Positions 19,580 through 22,661 of a DNA stretch of 22,661 nucleotides are shown in pieces; the first letter of the stretch is position 1; each line of letters begins with the position of its first letter. The translations under genes were made by a program, and so were the position numbers. The notes under the pieces were generated by a model, which was not told the origin of the DNA, made no database searches, and was given only the letters and a program-made list of their open reading frames with translations. The DNA comes from Synechococcus sp. (lineage in GTDB: Bacteria; Cyanobacteriota; Cyanobacteriia; Thermostichales; PCC-7336). The stretch covers positions 1 through 22,661 of the forward strand of contig JBFRWD010000169.1 of the NCBI GenBank assembly GCA_051439425.1. Direction: 5' to 3'.

Positions 19580-20155
19580 ATGACTGCTGCTGCCGAACGT
19601 ACTACTACATCCACGATGACTCACAAAGGCTTTCTGTTGTGGTTCACCGGTCTCTCCGGTTCTGGAAAATCTACCGTTTCTGTCCCCGTTGCCAAAGCTC
19701 TTAAAAAAGCTGGATGCAAAGTAGAGGTGTTGGACGGAGATATCGTTCGCATGAACCTCAGCAAAGGACTGGGCTTTAGTAAAGAAGATCGAGATATCAA
19801 CGTTCGTCGCATCGGTTTTGTTGGTGGAATGCTCTCGCGCAACGGAGTGGTTGCATTGACAGCAGCTATCTCTCCCTATCGCGCGACTCGCGAGTCTATC
19901 CGCGACCAAACGGTCAACTTTATTGAAGTCTTTGTTGACTGCCCCGTTGAAATTTGCGCTCAGCGCGATGTGAAAGGACTGTATGAGAAAGCATACAAAG
20001 GTGAGATTGCTAACTTTACCGGCGTATCCGATCCTTACGAACCTCCTTCTAACCCCGAAATCGTCCTCAAAACCCACGAAGAATCTATTGAGGAGTCTGT
20101 CAATAAGGTAATGACCTACTTGCTTGAGCACGACTACATCTCTCAAATGCCATAG
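19580..20155 (+). CDS. cysC: Adenylyl-sulfate (APS) kinase
   Basis: WFTGLSGSGKST P-loop, LDGD, LGFSKEDRD.N, RDVKGLY and FTGVSDPYEPP. Confidence 0.97.
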   Translation: MTAAAERTTTSTMTHKGFLLWFTGLSGSGKSTVSVPVAKALKKAGCKVEVLDGDIVRMNLSKGLGFSKEDRDINVRRIGFVGGMLSRNGVVALTAAISPYRATRESIRDQTVNFIEVFVDCPVEICAQRDVKGLYEKAYKGEIANFTGVSDPYEPPSNPEIVLKTHEESIEESVNKVMTYLLEHDYISQMP

Positions 20156-20197
20156 GTCACGCCTCACCGTTTACCACTCTTCCTACAAGTCTTTATG

Positions 20198-20220
20198 CCC
20201 TGCATTCGCAGGGTTTTTTT
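20198..20220 (+). terminator. Intrinsic terminator of cysC
   Basis: CCCTGC-attc-GCAGGG followed by T7. Confidence 0.85.
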
Positions 20221-21025
20221 GATGTGTATTCGTACTACACGTATTTCTATTCTGCAGAAAAGGCACCAGGGACACAGAGCCCACCCAAATAACTCTCAAG
20301 TCCAAACGGTTAAAGTACTGCCATGCACGACACCAGCAAAACGCTTCAATTGGAGCGTTACATGGTTTGCCTCACTGGCAGCCTCGCACCTCGTAGCGGC
20401 AAATGCCAAACAAACGAATAGGTACTTTAGCTCGTTCGAACGGAGACTGAGCGAGTTGGCTGGAGTCAATGATAACTTTAATGAAGGGATACGTAGAAAA
20501 TAGAGGTCAAAAAGGCTTTTTGCTGCGTACATCTACTCATCTGCATTTGTCATCTGGGCACGGTAATCTCCAAATATCGATAAAGTAGAAATACTTATCT
20601 CTGGCCATCAAGAAGTGTTGGAAGCAGCTATGAAATTTTCATGACACATGCAATCAATACAGATCTAAAGTCAGAGGACTCATACATTCACCCAAACATA
20701 AAAAATCCTGAAAAGAATCGACAAATTCCTCTCTCAGTAAAGCTTTCGGGCGATTCTGACTAAAGTATAATGACCGATAAGACTTCCTTTTTGCACAGAA
20801 ATCGACATTTTGTCTGAAAGTTATCTCGATAAGTCTAGTCATCCTTCGTTGTTCGTGTAACGATGGTGTCTAGTGATGCATTGAAAGAGGCTTCTGCTCC
20901 CCAGCCCCTTTGAAGAAACCGTTACGGAACCTGGAAGTTTTCGTAACACTTCCGTCTAGATGTATGTGCTACATTGTGCGCACAGATTCATCGTACATTC
21001 GGTTTCGCTTCCAGGAGCTTCTTTA

Positions 21026-21220
21026 ATGCCTCTAGAAAATGTTCGGGTCAAGGTAGACACTCGCAATCACAAAGGTTTCTTCGTCCCCGAAGCGTCTTAT
21101 ACGCTGCACGATGTCGATCAGAACGGCTGGGCGTTAATCTGTGTTGACGATGCCCACTGTCATTATGTAGACCCGGACTCCCTGCGGTTACCCAAAGGGG
21201 CTCGGCGCGCAAAAGCCTAG
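21026..21220 (+). CDS. Small hypothetical protein (64 aa)
   Basis: AGGAG (21013-21017) 8 nt before the ATG, and its own downstream terminator. Confidence 0.7.
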   Translation: MPLENVRVKVDTRNHKGFFVPEASYTLHDVDQNGWALICVDDAHCHYVDPDSLRLPKGARRAKA

Positions 21221-21265
21221 GGGCTGCGTATACTCGCATTGGTTTTCTGTTCAATTAATTCCTGG

Positions 21266-21290
21266 AGAGGCTGTTTCAAGCCTCTTTTTT
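21266..21290 (+). terminator. Intrinsic terminator
   Basis: AGAGGCT-gtttca-AGCCTCT followed by T5. Confidence 0.8.
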
Positions 21291-21606
21291 GGTTCTTTCA
21301 CTGGCTCATTACAACCTGAATTAAGGGAGTTCCCAGCTTGTTTTAAATTGGCTTTTTCCCAGGCAGGGTCTTGGAACTTTGCAATCTCCTGTCTTCAGCA
21401 GAGACCCTCTCACTCAAGTAAATACGTTCCGCAGACATGACAGCTCGTCAGGATACGGGAAGCACCTTAGTGTTGTCACGGCAGATTGATTGCTCAACCA
21501 TGAGCGATCGCCCCCCAGTTTTACAGCACTAGCCATAACGCTGGTGATGAGATCCCTCTTTGCATACCCGCATCACTACACTCCCAGCAACGCGCCTTGC
21601 ACAGAG

Positions 21607-21636
21607 AAAAGGCAAGCCGACATTTCCGGCTTGCCT
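21607..21636 (-). terminator. Intrinsic terminator downstream of rre1
   Basis: AGGCAAGCCG-N7-CGGCTTGCCT stem with a T-tract on the minus strand. Confidence 0.75.
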
Positions 21637-21755
21637 GAGTGAGTATTCCATTGAGGCCTAGTGTAGTGAACAGAAACTTGAGACTCTAAGCGCAAGATCT
21701 CTTCCCACATGTAGCCTAGCGACTTAGAACACAAGCGTGCGAGGAATCGTATGAA

Positions 21756-22415
21756 TTAACGACGACCCAAACTCCCCTCCATTGCCCAACGGGCAAGCTC
21801 GGTACGATTGTGAAGTCCCGTCTTGCTCAGCATGTTACTGACGTGGCTTTCTACCGTACGCTGACTAACGCTTAGGGTTGCTGCAATTTCGCGATTGGAC
21901 ATGCCTTTCGACACTAGCTGGATCACGCGATTTTCCGTTGGAGTTAACTCGACTTCACGATCTAATGTCAAGGTGGGCTGCAACATCCCCCCTTGCATGT
22001 GTAACAGCCGCTCCGTTTGTTTCAGAGACGATTCAACTTGAGCAACCAGTTCTTCGGGCTCAAATGGCTTCACCATATAAACGTCTGCCCCGGTCGTTAG
22101 GCCCCGAACGCGATCCGCGCTTTGACCTTTTGCAGACAAGAACATGACCGGAATCCAACTGGTATCGGCGTCCTCCCGAACTTTCTCAACAAAGCTATAA
22201 CCATCCATCTCTGGCATCATGACATCGCAAATGATTAAGTCAGGACGGAAGTCCTCCATTGCGACCAGAGCTTCTTGGCCATTACCCGCAGTAATCACGT
22301 CATAACCACGAAATTCCAAATAATCCTTAACCAAGAGAATCAGATTTGGATCGTCATCAACCAGAAGTAATTTTTTAGGGGCATCCACGCTATTCACCTT
22401 ATAATTTTCACGCAC
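21756..22415 (-). CDS. rre1: NarL/LuxR-family response regulator, Rre1/Ycf29 type
   Basis: LLLVDDDPNLILLVKDYLEFRGY, CDVMMP, KPF and LuxR HTH SQRTVESHVSNML. The start may be the GTG at 22397. Confidence 0.88.
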   Translation of the reverse strand: MRENYKVNSVDAPKKLLLVDDDPNLILLVKDYLEFRGYDVITAGNGQEALVAMEDFRPDLIICDVMMPEMDGYSFVEKVREDADTSWIPVMFLSAKGQSADRVRGLTTGADVYMVKPFEPEELVAQVESSLKQTERLLHMQGGMLQPTLTLDREVELTPTENRVIQLVSKGMSNREIAATLSVSQRTVESHVSNMLSKTGLHNRTELARWAMEGSLGRR

Positions 22416-22661
22416 TCAATACGTTGAATTACCGACTTAGCACCTAAGAGCAGGAACACGAACAATGATGATCGCGCAACGTTCTAAGCCAAAGAGAAAG
22501 AATCTACAAAAGTCGCCACCCACTTGTCGAAAAACACCAAGTAATAGAGGACAAATGCTCGGATAAGCGAGACAGAAAATGTCTCCACAAGGAGAAGAAC
22601 AACCACTGTTTAAAGAAAACAAGAGGTACAAGTGGAGGTTTAGTCAACAGCGCAACAGACC

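Noticed and set aside
19541..20167. Long antisense or alternative-frame ORFs (208 aa opposite cysC; also 5563..6153, 2016..2441, 17854..18333)
   Set aside because: They are shadows of well-supported genes and have no motifs of their own.
21446..21466. GTCAGGATACGGGAAGCACC, resembling SRP RNA helix 8
   Set aside because: There is no GNRA-capped stem and no long flanking hairpin.

Overview
This is a cyanobacterial chromosomal window: the HIP1 octamer GCGATCGC is very frequent, and rre1/ycf29, desB and a ComFB-family gene are present. Most of it is housekeeping genes: eno, ComFB-family, apt, a membrane protein, a YacP/Rae1 NYN RNase, pilD, desB, hemL, nadC, an alpha-amylase homologue, a VOC gene with a YafY/WYL regulator, purD, a Cof HAD hydrolase, a lone ureA, metF, cysC and rre1. 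I saw no transposase, CRISPR array, tRNA or rRNA. Five observations stand out. (1) Three 70-80% identical copies of a ~90-bp intergenic element with terminal inverted repeats (MITE/SDR-like). (2) An intact GH13 alpha-amylase ORF that has lost domain B and a catalytic Asp, so a candidate pseudoenzyme. (3) An omega-3 desaturase whose second His box reads HRTHL instead of HRTHH. (4) A ~180-nt nested multi-stem 5' leader upstream of desB. (5) A CTGACA-N6-TGTCAG operator plus -10 box upstream of the VOC/WYL pair. All calls were made by eye from motifs; no database searches were run.
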